A DNA stretch of 62,967 nucleotides, filler included, from Gonapodya sp. JEL0774 (taxonomy: Eukaryota), in assembly GCA_027604505.1 (NCBI GenBank). It is 13 parts of 13 records of this genome, joined end to end, with 100 filler letters (N's around TTAATTAATTAA, not from the genome) between each part and the next. Parts side by side here need not be neighbours in the genome. Positions count along the whole stretch, not along the records: positions 58,254 to 62,967 come from JADIIX010000873.1; 12 more parts are not named here. One strand, 5' to 3'. A model generated the notes under the pieces. The model saw only the letters and a program-made list of their open reading frames with translations, did no database searches and was not told the origin of the DNA. This document shows, in pieces, positions 61,492 through 62,967 of the stretch. Position 1 is the stretch's first letter. Each line of letters starts with the position of its first letter. Made by a program: the position numbers and the translations under genes.

Positions 61492-62963
61492 TCAAGCAGC
61501 TTTCACAGCAAGTTTTCTGACCCCTTTGTACCACTCTAAAATAGTGCGCTCCACCTCATCACTTTTCACAGTGGTCTGGGCGCTGCTTTTGAGGACCGTC
61601 CCGTGGGAGTCTTCTGGATCCCCAGCTTGCCAAGTGCATTTCTTGTCACCTCCAGATTCCATTGAGGTCAAAACGTCAGCGAGACCGCCAAGGTGAAGAC
61701 GTGGCGGAAGCGCAGCAGTAACGTAGTCGACGTTCATCTCGTATCTGTAACATGAGATAACCAAAGGAGGTCCAAGCTTCCACGTTACCATTGACCAAAA
61801 GTCACTCACCTGTACCTTCCCTCCCATACTCCGTTTTTCTCGGTGACGACAAAAACGCAATCACCATCTGTACCGTGATATGCGAGATAACTGTACAGAG
61901 CAAACCTTGATGGCTCAAACTTGAGACTTGAATCCAATCGGACGATAGCCAGTGAGAGTTCTGGATGCTTCGAGATTCGAATCAGGCCACTCTCAATGGC
62001 AGCAACTGTCAGCTAGGAGGAACGTGTTCGTTGAAGATGAGATTCATCCCCCTTGAGCGCAAACTTCTTGTTTCGGACGAAACCCTGTGCCGGGATCACC
62101 TCTCACCTCCCACTCCTTCTCAGACGTCTTCCAATATTCTTGCATCCCGCCTGACTCAACTTCTTCGACAATAGTCTTGAATCTTGGTACCATTTCTGTG
62201 TATAGCTTGTCAAAGAGTTCAGGGAAGTCCTTGAACTTGAAAGTGTCCTCTGGGAGTGGAGATTTGATGCCGTCCACGCGCCCGGAGAATGCATCAATAA
62301 CCCAAACGATACGAGCGGCTGTTCTGCTCGCCGGCGAGAGCCGTTGACGTAAGCTCGGGTTTCCACTCGCATGAGGTGGTTGGTTCGCGCAGCAACGCAC
62401 CTGTTACGGAACTTGAAAAAATCACCCGAAGTAGCAACGGCAATCAAGAGATCCCTTTTGCTTTTTGCCCACTCCGAATCCAATAAGACCGTTACACCTG
62501 TCAACCCATCGTGGTCGAAGTGGTCATTGGAGACAATGACCTCCCGGCCCTTGATGCCCAAAGAATCTTCCCTGGAGGGATCGTCAATGAAATTGAATGC
62601 CACTTGAGTGCTCGTATCAGCCTGAAAGAATGTGGGTGGGTGTAATGGTGAAAAACTGGTCTTCACAAAGCACGTGTGCTTCAAACCATCAACTGATCGC
62701 TATTTCCTGGAATGATCCGCCCTCACGCGTTCACCATCCCAAAACAACTCTTGGAAACTCACCCTGTACTTGTGAATCGCCCCAACTTCTCTTGAGTGCG
62801 TCAGTGCGTGCAGTTCCTTTGGTCTGAGTGGTCCACTCATGAACTTTACCGTTTCGGGGTCGAAGTTCGAGACATCAACGAGGATGGTCGGGTTCCCTGC
62901 CTTGGAAGCTTCCAAAGCCTCTGGGTAGATGCGAAAAGTGTAGGTTGTTGCTGTACCGGACAT
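61492..62963 (-). CDS. DUF6687-like (bacterial-type, possibly DHH-related) protein, multi-exon
   Basis: ADTSTQVAFN, VSNDHFDHDGL, LLIAVATSGDF, YRYEMNV..PRLHLGGLA; family assignment is from memory. Confidence 0.55.
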
Positions 62964-62967
62964 TGCG

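Overview
This window is not one locus. It is 13 unrelated contigs of about 4.7-4.8 kb, in descending length order, joined by artificial N-TTAATTAATTAA-N linkers, so adjacency across linkers means nothing. The DNA is intron-rich and eukaryotic. Gene content (ARMC2-like ciliary gene, MYND/F-box expansions, chromoviral Gypsy, a selenoprotein) suggests a zoosporic early-diverging fungus, possibly Gonapodya-like (inference). The main finding is invisible to the ORF track: a five-exon selenoprotein H-like gene on the minus strand (13008-12003). It has an in-frame UGA in a C-x-x-U redox motif (CKSU), a 13-nt micro-exon, and an unusually large, branched SECIS candidate about 100 nt into the 3'UTR. Other notable items are an rpl43 gene with three oversized, structured introns (candidate ncRNA host), a bacterial-type DUF6687-like gene with introns, a protein tail with 8 HxRxxS motifs, CpG-decayed and nested retroelements, and a decayed CpG-poor element with possible USP-protease remnants. 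Routine genes include CCT3, DHX37, PFK-2/FBPase-2, tandem D-lactate dehydrogenases, a carotenoid oxygenase, stomatin, two MFS transporters, an SDR, and HMG, BTB, F-box and MYND proteins. All family calls are by-eye motif recognition from memory; no searches were run.
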